From Planctomycetota bacterium (lineage in GTDB: Bacteria > Planctomycetota > PLA2 > JAEUHO01): DNA of 64,000 nucleotides. The notes under the pieces were generated by a model, which was not told where the DNA came from, did not search any database, and saw only the letters and a program-made list of their open reading frames with translations. Position 1 is the first letter of the stretch. Every line of letters starts with the position of its first letter. Positions 17,742-26,865 of this stretch are shown in pieces. The DNA lies in assembly GCA_965223505.1 (NCBI GenBank), contig CBDCWP010000040.1, positions 47,233 through 111,232 of the forward strand, in the 5' to 3' direction. The position numbers and the translations under genes are program-made.

Positions 17742-18769
17742 GCCGCCCCCTGCTCACCGAGGGAAGCGACCACGGCGTCCTCCGCTTCGTAGTCGAACAT
17801 GCCCTCGGGAATCGGATCCGGCGGGTTTTCGCGCTCCCATGCCACGGTGCGGCAAAACGCCTCTCGGCGATCGACGGGCTCGACGAATCCGAGCTCGGCG
17901 CGAATCCGATCGGTGGAGCAGACGAGGTGGTGGCGCACGTCGAACGACGCCTGCAGCGACTTCGGAAGCGCTTCCTTGGGGAGGCAGACGAGCTCGCCGC
18001 TCCAGTCCAGTTCGCGCTGTACGTAGCGAACGGCGTCCATCATGGTGATCGAGCCGTCGGCGACGTTGTAGATGCCGCCCGCCGCGCGCTCGTCCGTACA
18101 CGCCAGCGCCATGGCCGCCGCGACGTTCTCGACGAAGCCGTAGGTGAAGTTCCATCGGGCGAAACCGGTCTGCATCACGATGTGCGGTCGGTTGTCGAGC
18201 ATCGGCCGAATGAAGGGATACAGCCGGTGTTGGTAGTCGTTCGGACCGATGACCATCGGCAGCCGCAGGACCGTGCCGGAGAGATCGCCGCACTGCATCA
18301 CCGCGCGCTCGGCCGGGATCTTGTCGTATTGATAGCGGGGGTCTTCGGGACCTTCCGCATCGTCGCGATACGGGAACCAACGCTCGCGCAGCGGTCCGTC
18401 CTCGGCGACGACCTCGTCGCGCGGCTCGCCGCTCTCCAGGCCGAGAAGGCAGCCGAACGTGTGGTACACATCCATGCTGCTGACCATGACGACGCGCTGA
18501 GCGACACCACGAAACGCGTCGAGCATCTGCAGCGCGTGATGCTCGGTGCTGATGACGTTGTGCAGGACGACGTCGGGCGCGAGCTTCTCGAAGTCGGGTC
18601 GGTTTTCAGTCAGCCGGCCGCGATCGACGCGCAGGAAGTCGACGCCTTCGGGCGGGGTGCCGTTGCTCTGGCCGCGGTTCGCAATCGTCACGTCGTGGCC
18701 GAGGTCGACGAGTCGTCGCACGAGAGCCGTGCCGATGAACTTCGTCCCGCCGATGACGAGAATCTTCAT
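17738..18769 (-). CDS. NAD-dependent epimerase/dehydratase (extended SDR)
   Basis: 343 aa starting MKILVIGGTKFIGTALVRRL (Rossmann motif). It overlaps the FKBP start by 4 nt. Confidence 0.8.
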   Translation of the reverse strand: MKILVIGGTKFIGTALVRRLVDLGHDVTIANRGQSNGTPPEGVDFLRVDRGRLTENRPDFEKLAPDVVLHNVISTEHHALQMLDAFRGVAQRVVMVSSMDVYHTFGCLLGLESGEPRDEVVAEDGPLRERWFPYRDDAEGPEDPRYQYDKIPAERAVMQCGDLSGTVLRLPMVIGPNDYQHRLYPFIRPMLDNRPHIVMQTGFARWNFTYGFVENVAAAMALACTDERAAGGIYNVADGSITMMDAVRYVQRELDWSGELVCLPKEALPKSLQASFDVRHHLVCSTDRIRAELGFVEPVDRREAFCRTVAWERENPPDPIPEGMFDYEAEDAVVASLGEQGAA

Positions 18770-18871
18770 GCGCCGCTTCCGCCGTGTTCGCCGTGCCCGC
18801 TTCGATCGTACGACCGATTCGCGCGGTGAACAGGGCCGCGACCGGCGTAGAGGCGGTCGAGGCGCGCGAGC

Positions 18872-20380
18872 TCAGCGGCGGTGAAACTCGTCGACGCTGA
18901 CGACTTCGCCGTTCACCTCGACGGCCTGCAAGCCGGTCTGCTCCCACTCGGGCGCGTCGGCTGCCTGGGCGAAGAGGACGTACTGGCGGCGCACCTCGTC
19001 CGGCGCGTCGCGCGCGGCGGCGCCCGTGCGCACGGTCTCGTACACGGCGCAGTCACGCCATCGAAGCCCCCGCTGGTCCATGAGCTGCTCGAGCCGCGAC
19101 ACCACGGGCGACGGCTCGGAGCGCGCCGCCTGCGGAACGCTGTACGCGGCGTTGGCCAGCAGGTTCCGGCCGGCCTCCACCAGGGTCGACCGGCGGTCTG
19201 AGCGGCCTTCCGCTGGATCCGCCTGCGTGTCGCCCCGCGTCGCGCCGGGCGCGAGCACGGCCACGGGATGAATCGAGGGGTCCCCGAGCACGTTGAACTG
19301 CCCGATCGTGGTCAGGTCGAACGGCCCCATGTCGGGCCGCAGCTTCACGTAGTCGTGGCGGGCTTGGAGGAGCGCGCGTCCCTGCGAACAACCGTCGAGC
19401 AGGTACTTCAGGACGAGCTGGCAGATGAGATCGGCGCCTGCTGTGCCGTTGGGCGTCCCCCACGCGACGGTCGTCGACCCCATGAAGCCGTAGGCGCCCG
19501 CCGCCAGGTAGGCGTTGGGCATCGGCAACGGACCGGAGCCCAACACCGGGTAGAGCTGCGTCCCGTGACAGCACTCGGTGATCACCATCGTGCCGGGCTG
19601 CGCTTCGTCGATGACGAGCGTCGCGTCGTGGGCGATCGGCGGCGCCGGGGGCCGCTCCGCGGCCTCGCCGATGAACTTCGGCGACCCCTGTTGCCCGTGG
19701 CAGTTGATGTAGTGAAGCCGCTTCTTCCAGACCTTCTGCTCCCACTGCGGCCCGTCCGGTGGCGAAAGCCGGAAGTCGCCGACGCTCTGCGCCGTCTTCT
19801 CCAGACTGGCCTTCGTGGACGCCTTCCAGACGTCCGCGCTCACGGTGAACGCGTCGGAGTACACGTCACGGTCGTCCGGTGACCACTCCGCACACGTGCC
19901 GAGCAGCTTCAAGATGTACTCGACGTCCTTCCTGGCGTTGACGTCCGGCAGACGGGTGACGACGCGCGTCGGGCCCAGGAAGTCGTGGATCTTCGTCGAG
20001 TACGGGGCGTTGCAGGCGTACGGCAGGTCGCTCAACACGATCTTGGATGCGGCCTTCTGGTCGAGAAGCACGTTCTCGAGCTCCTGGTACGGAACGACGT
20101 CCGGCGCACCCAGCAGCATGAGGTAGTCGGGCTCCATGGTGGCGGCGGCGGCGTCCACCGCGTTCTTGACCTGCTTCGGCGACGAGCTGTCCGAGATCGG
20201 CTCCAGGGAGACGCCCGCCAGCGTCCTGGCATCGTCGAGCGCGATGAAGCGTGTTGTCAGGCCGCGCTCCTTGTCGGCCAGGACGAGGGCCTTTACAGCG
20301 CCGAGGACCCTCTCGTACCCTTCGTCCCCGTACTTCGTTCGCAGTGGACCTGCGTTGGTGATGATCAACTTGATCGACAT
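18872..20380 (-). CDS. Cytoplasmic clan-CD (gingipain/caspase-fold)-like protein
   Basis: The start is inside the 729-aa ORF, at ATG 20380 (MSIKLIITNAG...) with GGAG 8 nt upstream, giving 502 aa. The candidate His/Cys dyad is HYINCHG ... VITECCHG. A gingipain-like NVLGDPS motif is present. There is no signal peptide. Confidence 0.55.
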   Translation of the reverse strand: MSIKLIITNAGPLRTKYGDEGYERVLGAVKALVLADKERGLTTRFIALDDARTLAGVSLEPISDSSSPKQVKNAVDAAAATMEPDYLMLLGAPDVVPYQELENVLLDQKAASKIVLSDLPYACNAPYSTKIHDFLGPTRVVTRLPDVNARKDVEYILKLLGTCAEWSPDDRDVYSDAFTVSADVWKASTKASLEKTAQSVGDFRLSPPDGPQWEQKVWKKRLHYINCHGQQGSPKFIGEAAERPPAPPIAHDATLVIDEAQPGTMVITECCHGTQLYPVLGSGPLPMPNAYLAAGAYGFMGSTTVAWGTPNGTAGADLICQLVLKYLLDGCSQGRALLQARHDYVKLRPDMGPFDLTTIGQFNVLGDPSIHPVAVLAPGATRGDTQADPAEGRSDRRSTLVEAGRNLLANAAYSVPQAARSEPSPVVSRLEQLMDQRGLRWRDCAVYETVRTGAAARDAPDEVRRQYVLFAQAADAPEWEQTGLQAVEVNGEVVSVDEFHRR

Positions 20381-20563
20381 CGGGGAGCTCCAAGGAGTGC
20401 GAAGGTAGGGGAAACACCCATTGGAGAACAAGTCTCCTCGCTCCGACGCAGTCGGGTGAAATGCGGTAGATCGCATTCCGCCCGATGCACTGTCGGCACG
20501 AGGCCCGACTCGCGGTGCGAGCGCGTGACGCGTCCGTATCGCGCTCCACCTCTGGAGAATCGA

Positions 20564-20920
20564 ATGTCTGATTTCACACCCAAGGACGCGCCGAACTTCG
20601 GTGGGCTCGACTACGAAGATGCCGAAAGCCGGCCGGCCGACAGAGTGATCTTGAGGATCCCGCCCGACAACATGGTGCCCGTCGGCCAGGACGTGCAGCC
20701 GGGACAGACGGCGAGCGCTCAGCCGAACCAAGAGAACGTCTTGGGGTTCGAGCTGTTCGTGGAGAAGCAGGGATCGTGGACGAAGTTCACCGCCCAGTCG
20801 CAGGCGCCGATCGAGTTCTCGAGCGTTCACGACATGGGCGAGCAGGCTCAGATCGTGATCAACGGCGGCCCGCCCCAGCCGGTGCCGGCCGAACCCACAC
20901 CCCCGCCCCCGGGCATTTAA
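20564..20920 (+). CDS. Small (118 aa) acidic N-terminal / Pro-rich C-terminal protein of unknown function
   Basis: ATG 20564 with GGAG 6 nt upstream. The sequence runs MSDFTPKDAPNFGGLDYEDAESR...GGPPQPVPAEPTPPPPGI. It ends 55 nt before the CHAT gene on the same strand. Confidence 0.5.
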   Translation: MSDFTPKDAPNFGGLDYEDAESRPADRVILRIPPDNMVPVGQDVQPGQTASAQPNQENVLGFELFVEKQGSWTKFTAQSQAPIEFSSVHDMGEQAQIVINGGPPQPVPAEPTPPPPGI

Positions 20921-20975
20921 TCGACCCGAGGCGCCCTCGCACCCGCGGGGGCGCCCGGATATCAGGTACGGAAGC

Positions 20976-23966
20976 ATGCGCGCGAAACTCCTGTTGCTCT
21001 TGGCGTTCGCGCTGCTGATTCCGGCTGCTCCAAGCGCCTCGGCGGACGAGAAGTACGACACGATCGCGGACGCGATCCAGGGCTACCTCGCAGACGAGAC
21101 GGACGGCGAGCGCAATTTCTCGACCCTGATGGAGCGCTTGCCCGTAACGGTCGACCCGTGGCTGGTGGCGTTCACGCTCGTCGGCCGGTCCGACATGGAG
21201 GCCGCTTCGGCCTACGCCGAGCGCGTATCAGGCGTTGAGGGTGACAAGCTGCGCGCCAGCGTTCGCGCCGCGACGCCGACGATGGCGAAGGATGCGAGGG
21301 ACATCCTCGATGCCTACCTCAGCGGCCGGGCCAGTGTCGAGACGATCAAGCAGCTCGACTCGGCGAACGCGCACGCCCACGCGTTCCTGGACGCGGCGCG
21401 CACGGTCTTCAAGGGATACGCCTTGGCTCACCTGCAACGATGGGACGAAGCGGAGCGCGCGCTCAAGACCGGAGCGACGCTGGCGAAGACCGTGGGATGG
21501 TTCCGGGGGACCGTCGGCGCGCTTACGAGTGCTGCGCGTTGCGCGCGGCGACTGGGCAAGATGCGGGCGAACCTGCACCACTTGACGCGTCTTCACGAAG
21601 AGTACGTCAGGGCACGCTGGGATCGCGACGCAACGCGCACGCTCGGATTCGTCGCCAACGCTCACGCGGACGTGGGCCACTTCGCGGGCGCAATCGAGAA
21701 GATGGAAGCGGCACTCGCGCAGTTCGAGCACCTGGGTGGAGCCAACCATGCGGTCGCCTTGGCCAACTTCGGCGTCATACTCAATCGCGCCGGCAACTAC
21801 GCGCGCGCGTTGACGGTGCTCGAGGAAGCGGAGGCGCTCGAAGACGACAAACTGCGAACCGCCTCGATCATTCGTGAGATGGCCGCCGCGCGCAGCCGGC
21901 TCGCGCATCACGCCGAAGCAAAGCGACTCATCGGCGTGGCACTTCGACTAGCGACCGAGGAGGCGAAGAAGCAGACACCCGTCGGCCGCCGTCACCTCAC
22001 CACAATGGCGCGCGCCCAGGGCGACCGCGGTTCGATCTACGCGCGAGCAGGCGAGCTCGACGAGGCCGAGGCGGCGGCGCTTGAAGCGGAAAAGCTCTAC
22101 AAGGCCCTGGACGACCCGGGTGGCGCCGCGCTCGTGAAAGTCCTGCGGTCGTCCATCTTGCGCGAGGCGAACGAGCCGGCGGCCGCGTTGCGCGCCGCGG
22201 TCGAGGCGCGCGACGTACTCGAGGATCTGGAGAATCCGTACGGGGTGGCGTCGGCGCTCGATGAGATCAGCCAGAATCAGCTAGCTGTCGGCGCGCTGGA
22301 CGAAGCCGACGCGACCATCGACGAAGTCTTGAAGCTCGCTGTCTCGCCGCTGCTGCGCGCGCAGGCCCTTTCGCGCAGGGCACGCATCGAGCTCGCGCGC
22401 GGACGTGACAAAGCGGCCGAGAAGCCGGCCCTCCAGGCCGTCGAGCTCCTGGCGCGCGCCTTCGTCGGCGTCGGCAATCTGTACGGCGCGATCGCCCGAG
22501 AAGAGCAGGCGACGATCTACGAAACCGCGATGGTGGTCTGCACCCGGCTCTCGAACACCGAGCAGGCGCTCCGCGTCCTCGAGCGTGCACGCGCCGGAGC
22601 GTTCTTCGAGAGTCTCGACGGCCGCGATCGGCTCCGGAACGCAACCGTCGATCGCACGATACGGGAACTGCTCGACAAAGCGGCATTCGACGAAGCGATG
22701 GCTCGCGCGGCGCTTCAGGAGGCTCGGGCGGAGGGCCGACTGGCCTCCATCAGGCGAGCCCGCGAGGAGCTCGAGCAACGCAAGGCCGAGTTCGAGACGC
22801 TGGTGGAACGCGCGCAGCGAAGTGCCAAGGTCGCCGCGGGTCTGCTCTACCCTCCCAAGACGGCCACGCTGCGCAGCCTTCAGTCGCAGCTCGCACCGGG
22901 CGACGTGATGCTGCTCTACGCGTTCTTCGGCGAGCGCGCGTTCCTGCTCCCGCTCCGCCGGAAGGACGACGCAACGACGGCGTTGACGGTGCTCTGGGAG
23001 AAGACGTCCTACATCCGGACGCTCTGTGAAGCGTTCAACGTGCGCGACGCCAATCACGATCCGGAACTGGTCGCGGAGCTACGCAAGGTGTTGGCCATCG
23101 ACGTGCACGAAAAGACGAAGGGCACCAAACGGCTCATCGTTTCCGTGAACGGGCCGTTGACGGGCATGCCGTTCAGCCTGCTGACCGACCGCGAGGTCTG
23201 CTACGTACCCTCCGCAACGACGTACGACTTCCTCGCGCGCAATCGGACTCCGGCCGGCTCCCAGGTCCTGGCGCTCGGCGACCCGGTCTACGCGACGAGC
23301 GACACCGTCGACGAGTTCGTTCCCTCCAAGTACCGCGGGACGCAGCGTGATTCCCTGTTCGCCCCCCTACCAAGAAGCAGAGAGGAGGCCGACAAGGTCG
23401 GCGACGTCAAGCTCTTCGGGAAGGACGCGACGGAAGAGAACCTCCGGAAGAAGCTCAAGCAACAGTGGCGCGCGGTTCACCTGGCTTGTCACGGCGTCAT
23501 GGATCGCGAGCGGCCGATGTACTCGGCGCTGGCGCTCACCACGCAGGAGATCGAGAGCGGCTACGACGGCTTTCTGACATCGCACGAGATCTTCCAGCTC
23601 GACCTTCAGACGGACCTTGTCGTGCTGTCGGCGTGCGAGACGGCGTTGGGACGGGTCTACAAAGGAGAGGGACTTCACGGACTCCCTCGCGCGTTCATGT
23701 ACGCCGGTGCTCCGCAAGTGTTGGTCAGCTTGTGGAAGGTGGACGACGCGGCGACCAGCGTTCTCATGATCCGCTTCCACTCGCTCTGGAACCCCAGGGA
23801 CAAGACGGCCAAGCGGATGTCGACGACGGCGGCACTCAAGGCGGCACAGCAGTATGTTCGCGAGTTCGAGATCGAGGTCGAGGAGGAAGGCGGCAAGAAG
23901 AAGACCAAGCCCTGGGCTCACCCCAAGTACTGGGCCGCGTGGCAGCTGTGGGGTTTGCCGGACTAG
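20976..23966 (+). CDS. Exported TPR-repeat CHAT-domain (caspase-fold) protein
   Basis: 996 aa. The Sec signal peptide is MRAKLLLLLAFALLIPAAPSASA. About 650 aa of Ala/Leu-rich TPR-like helices follow. The C-terminal CHAT catalytic motifs are VHLACHG and LVVLSACETALG. Confidence 0.85.
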   Translation: MRAKLLLLLAFALLIPAAPSASADEKYDTIADAIQGYLADETDGERNFSTLMERLPVTVDPWLVAFTLVGRSDMEAASAYAERVSGVEGDKLRASVRAATPTMAKDARDILDAYLSGRASVETIKQLDSANAHAHAFLDAARTVFKGYALAHLQRWDEAERALKTGATLAKTVGWFRGTVGALTSAARCARRLGKMRANLHHLTRLHEEYVRARWDRDATRTLGFVANAHADVGHFAGAIEKMEAALAQFEHLGGANHAVALANFGVILNRAGNYARALTVLEEAEALEDDKLRTASIIREMAAARSRLAHHAEAKRLIGVALRLATEEAKKQTPVGRRHLTTMARAQGDRGSIYARAGELDEAEAAALEAEKLYKALDDPGGAALVKVLRSSILREANEPAAALRAAVEARDVLEDLENPYGVASALDEISQNQLAVGALDEADATIDEVLKLAVSPLLRAQALSRRARIELARGRDKAAEKPALQAVELLARAFVGVGNLYGAIAREEQATIYETAMVVCTRLSNTEQALRVLERARAGAFFESLDGRDRLRNATVDRTIRELLDKAAFDEAMARAALQEARAEGRLASIRRAREELEQRKAEFETLVERAQRSAKVAAGLLYPPKTATLRSLQSQLAPGDVMLLYAFFGERAFLLPLRRKDDATTALTVLWEKTSYIRTLCEAFNVRDANHDPELVAELRKVLAIDVHEKTKGTKRLIVSVNGPLTGMPFSLLTDREVCYVPSATTYDFLARNRTPAGSQVLALGDPVYATSDTVDEFVPSKYRGTQRDSLFAPLPRSREEADKVGDVKLFGKDATEENLRKKLKQQWRAVHLACHGVMDRERPMYSALALTTQEIESGYDGFLTSHEIFQLDLQTDLVVLSACETALGRVYKGEGLHGLPRAFMYAGAPQVLVSLWKVDDAATSVLMIRFHSLWNPRDKTAKRMSTTAALKAAQQYVREFEIEVEEEGGKKKTKPWAHPKYWAAWQLWGLPD

Positions 23967-24001
23967 GCGAGAGTGCCGCTGCTGCGCACGGCCCCTCGGC
24001 G

Positions 24002-25897
24002 CTACTTGCCCACGCGCACGACGTCGACGACGACGTCCTTCGTCTCCCCGGCAACGAGCTCGACCTTCAGGTCGTCGGGCTTCTCGAACTCGTCGGGATG
24101 CTTGAACTTCAACGTCCACGTGCCCGGCGGCAGTCCCTCGACGGGAATCTCGTCGCCTCGCGCGCCGAACCCCTTCCCCATGCCGGGCGAGGACGCCCAC
24201 ACGCGGAAGCCCTGCGCGGACACGGGCCGGTCGTTCGATTGGAACCGGATCCGCGCCGCGGCGCCCTGCCGTAGCTCGACGACCGTCGTGCCGTCGCTTC
24301 CCGCACCGATGTCGATATCGTCGGTTCGCGGAACGAAGCCGGGCGCCTCGCAGCGCAACCGGACGGTGCCGGGCGCGACGCGGAACGAGAACGCGTCGGG
24401 GCTGTCACGCTGCGCCACCTCCCAGCGCCACGTGGCCGTGCCCTCCGCCATGCCGGCGAACTTGCACACGGACCGCGGCACGGCGGCGCCGGTCTCGTCG
24501 ACGATTCGCACCTTGTGGCCGACCGGCATGGGCACGACCAGGTGGATCTCCTCGCCGGGCCGGTGCTCGACGCGGACTCGCCACGCCGCGCCGCGCACCC
24601 AAGCCGCGTAGCTGCCGGCCGGCAACGGGTCCGTCTCGAACGCCCACGGCTTGCCGGCGTCCAAGACCTCGATGCGCGCCCTGCCGTAGTGCCCGGCGGT
24701 GACGCCGTCCTGCACGCCGGCGAATGAGAGAAACGACTCGATGGGGCCCCACTCGGCGGGAATCGTGAGCGTGCCGACCAGGGGGGCCTTTTCGACGCGC
24801 CTGCCGACCTCGAGCTCGATCGTCAACGGTACGACGCGACTACGCACGATCTCGGCGCGGCCGCTGCCGTAGACCTTGTCGATGAGGAATCCGCCCCGGC
24901 GTGCGACGAAGAAGGTCAGGCTCCCCTCCGGCAATCCCTCGATGCGAATCTGACCGCGGTCGCTGGCGGCCGGCGACGAGCCCGCCACGCCGTGTCGCTC
25001 CACATGCTCACGCACGTCCGCGAGGAGCACGGGTCGGTCGACGTCGTGCCAGCCGCGGATGAGCAGGTCCACACCCCCACCGGGTCCGAGGCCGACCTCG
25101 ATCGGCGCCTCGGTGGTCGTGTCGTGCCGGATGACGAAGTGGCGCCACGCGTACCCCTCCGCGCGGAAGAACCACTGCGACACACCGACGCCCGGCGGAA
25201 TCTCGATGAGACCGTCGACGTTCGGGTGAACGCGCTCACCCCTGAGGGTGTACTCGTCCGGCATGCGCAGTCCGGGACTGCCGCTGCCGCCGATCGGCCA
25301 GCCGCCCGACGCGGACTTCAACGCGTGCGCATCGGCGAGCACGGCGCGTGTCTCCGCATCGACGACGCGCACATGAATGGCGTTGCCGCGCCGCAGAACG
25401 ATCTCATTGGATGCGCCGGCGCGCAGATCGAACACCGACTGCGTCGGCGCGAACTCGCCTTCGTCGGTCGTGACGCGTTCGATCTCGTGCGGTCCGGCAC
25501 CGATCCGCGGCCCCGCGAACACACCGTCCTTTCCCTCGAAGCGATTCCCGCCCCGCCCCCCGCGTGCGATGTGTCGATAGACCATGAAGCTCACGGTCTT
25601 CGGCTTCGTCCCGTCTTCGAATCGAATCGTCCCGAAGATGCCGTCCCTGGGTCGGTCGGGCGCCTGAGACGTCGTCTTGGATTCGGCAGTGGCCGCGTCC
25701 GGCTGCGGGCGCTCGGCCGTTCGGGGCTCTGAGCCCTCGAGCGCGGTGCCATCGAGCGCGGGGCGTTCGTGCGGCGTCACGACGTCTTGCGTTCGCGTCG
25801 GATGAGGCTCGGGGCCGGCGCCGGCGCGCTGCCAAAGCCAGATGCAGACGCCGACGAGCACCAGGAGGGCCAACGCGAGGACGACGCTCTTCCGCAT
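24002..25897 (-). CDS. Membrane-anchored protein with several beta-sandwich (carboxypeptidase-regulatory-like) repeats
   Basis: Start chosen at ATG 25897 (MRKSVVLALALLVLVGVCIW), giving 631 aa. Repeated G-x-V/I-x-V/F-x-D-xxG style segments occur, for example IHVRVVDAETRAVL and KVRIVDETGAAV. The family call is weak. Confidence 0.5.
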   Translation of the reverse strand: MRKSVVLALALLVLVGVCIWLWQRAGAGPEPHPTRTQDVVTPHERPALDGTALEGSEPRTAERPQPDAATAESKTTSQAPDRPRDGIFGTIRFEDGTKPKTVSFMVYRHIARGGRGGNRFEGKDGVFAGPRIGAGPHEIERVTTDEGEFAPTQSVFDLRAGASNEIVLRRGNAIHVRVVDAETRAVLADAHALKSASGGWPIGGSGSPGLRMPDEYTLRGERVHPNVDGLIEIPPGVGVSQWFFRAEGYAWRHFVIRHDTTTEAPIEVGLGPGGGVDLLIRGWHDVDRPVLLADVREHVERHGVAGSSPAASDRGQIRIEGLPEGSLTFFVARRGGFLIDKVYGSGRAEIVRSRVVPLTIELEVGRRVEKAPLVGTLTIPAEWGPIESFLSFAGVQDGVTAGHYGRARIEVLDAGKPWAFETDPLPAGSYAAWVRGAAWRVRVEHRPGEEIHLVVPMPVGHKVRIVDETGAAVPRSVCKFAGMAEGTATWRWEVAQRDSPDAFSFRVAPGTVRLRCEAPGFVPRTDDIDIGAGSDGTTVVELRQGAAARIRFQSNDRPVSAQGFRVWASSPGMGKGFGARGDEIPVEGLPPGTWTLKFKHPDEFEKPDDLKVELVAGETKDVVVDVVRVGK

Positions 25898-25941
25898 GAG
25901 AGGCGCAGGATACCGCGTTGCTTGACCTAGAATCGTGGCCG

Positions 25942-26865
25942 ATGACGAAGTCCTCCGACCAACCTGACGCCGCATCCGAGGGCCTGTCCATCGGCGGCGT
26001 CGCCGCTGCGACGGGCCTGTCGACCGAGACGCTTCGCATCTGGGAGCGGCGCTACGGCAAGCCCGTCCCCGTTCGCCTTCCGAGCGGCCACCGGCGCTAC
26101 ACCGCCGAACAGGTTCGCTGGCTTCGACGTGTCGCCAGCGCTCTTGCGATGGGCAACCGGCCCCTTCAAATCATGAAGCTGGACGACGCGCAGCTCGACG
26201 CGCTTCTCGGGAAACGTACGGCGAGCAAGCCTCGCAGCGCCACGACCGCCTGGGTCAAGATGATCGCTTCGTTCAAGGGTGAAGCGCTGGTCGAAGCCCT
26301 GCGCGACGTGTGGGCCAACAACGACCCGCTCACGTTCCTCGAAGACCACGTCGCGCCGTTCATCGACTCGATCGGCCGCGCCTGGGCGGACGGCGACATC
26401 GAGGTTCGGCACGAGCACTTTGCGGCGGAGCTCGTGGAACACGTGATCCGCAGGTTTCGCAACGAGATCGGCACGCCGGCCCGTCGGCCTGCCGTCGTGC
26501 TCACGACGCTGCCGGGAGAACGCCACGGCCTCGGCATTCAGATGGCCGCGCTCCTGTGTGCGGCGAACCGGGTTCCCGTCAGCGTCCTGGGCGTCGACAC
26601 GCCGCTCGACGACACGGCCCGGGCCGCCGGCGAGCTCGCGCCGAAGATTCTCGGGATCAGCGTGTCCCTTGCGACGGGCGGCGTCGAGACGGACCGGACG
26701 CTGGCGGCTCTACGCGGCACGATGCCGAGCGACGTCCGACTGGTCGTCGGCGGCGAGGGCGCGCGCGGTGTCCGCCGCGGCCCGCGCGGCGTCGAGTACA
26801 TGACGCAGCTCGCCGTTTGGGACGAAGCCATGCGAGACCTGAAGACGAGGCGGCGGTCGGCCTAG
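25942..26865 (+). CDS. carH: CarH/LitR-type MerR-family regulator with B12-binding photoreceptor module (paralogue 1)
   Basis: Start at ATG 25942. The MerR HTH is LSIGGVAAATGLSTETLRIWERRYG. The Wx9EH motif is WADGDIEVRHEH. The ExHxxG lower-ligand motif is GERHGLG, in a Rossmann B12 domain. Confidence 0.8.
   Translation: MTKSSDQPDAASEGLSIGGVAAATGLSTETLRIWERRYGKPVPVRLPSGHRRYTAEQVRWLRRVASALAMGNRPLQIMKLDDAQLDALLGKRTASKPRSATTAWVKMIASFKGEALVEALRDVWANNDPLTFLEDHVAPFIDSIGRAWADGDIEVRHEHFAAELVEHVIRRFRNEIGTPARRPAVVLTTLPGERHGLGIQMAALLCAANRVPVSVLGVDTPLDDTARAAGELAPKILGISVSLATGGVETDRTLAALRGTMPSDVRLVVGGEGARGVRRGPRGVEYMTQLAVWDEAMRDLKTRRRSA

Noticed and set aside
20381-21061. N-terminal extensions of listed ORFs: 18872..21061, 30298..32400, 31650..34352 upstream of 33329, 34330..35787, 37113..40385, 57247..60072, 61983..63965, 24002..25975 and 28122..29276
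   Set aside because: The extensions are Arg/Pro-rich nonsense that overlaps upstream genes or promoters. In each case an internal ATG/GTG with an RBS and/or a signal peptide, or a 4-nt overlap with the upstream stop, gives a sensible protein.
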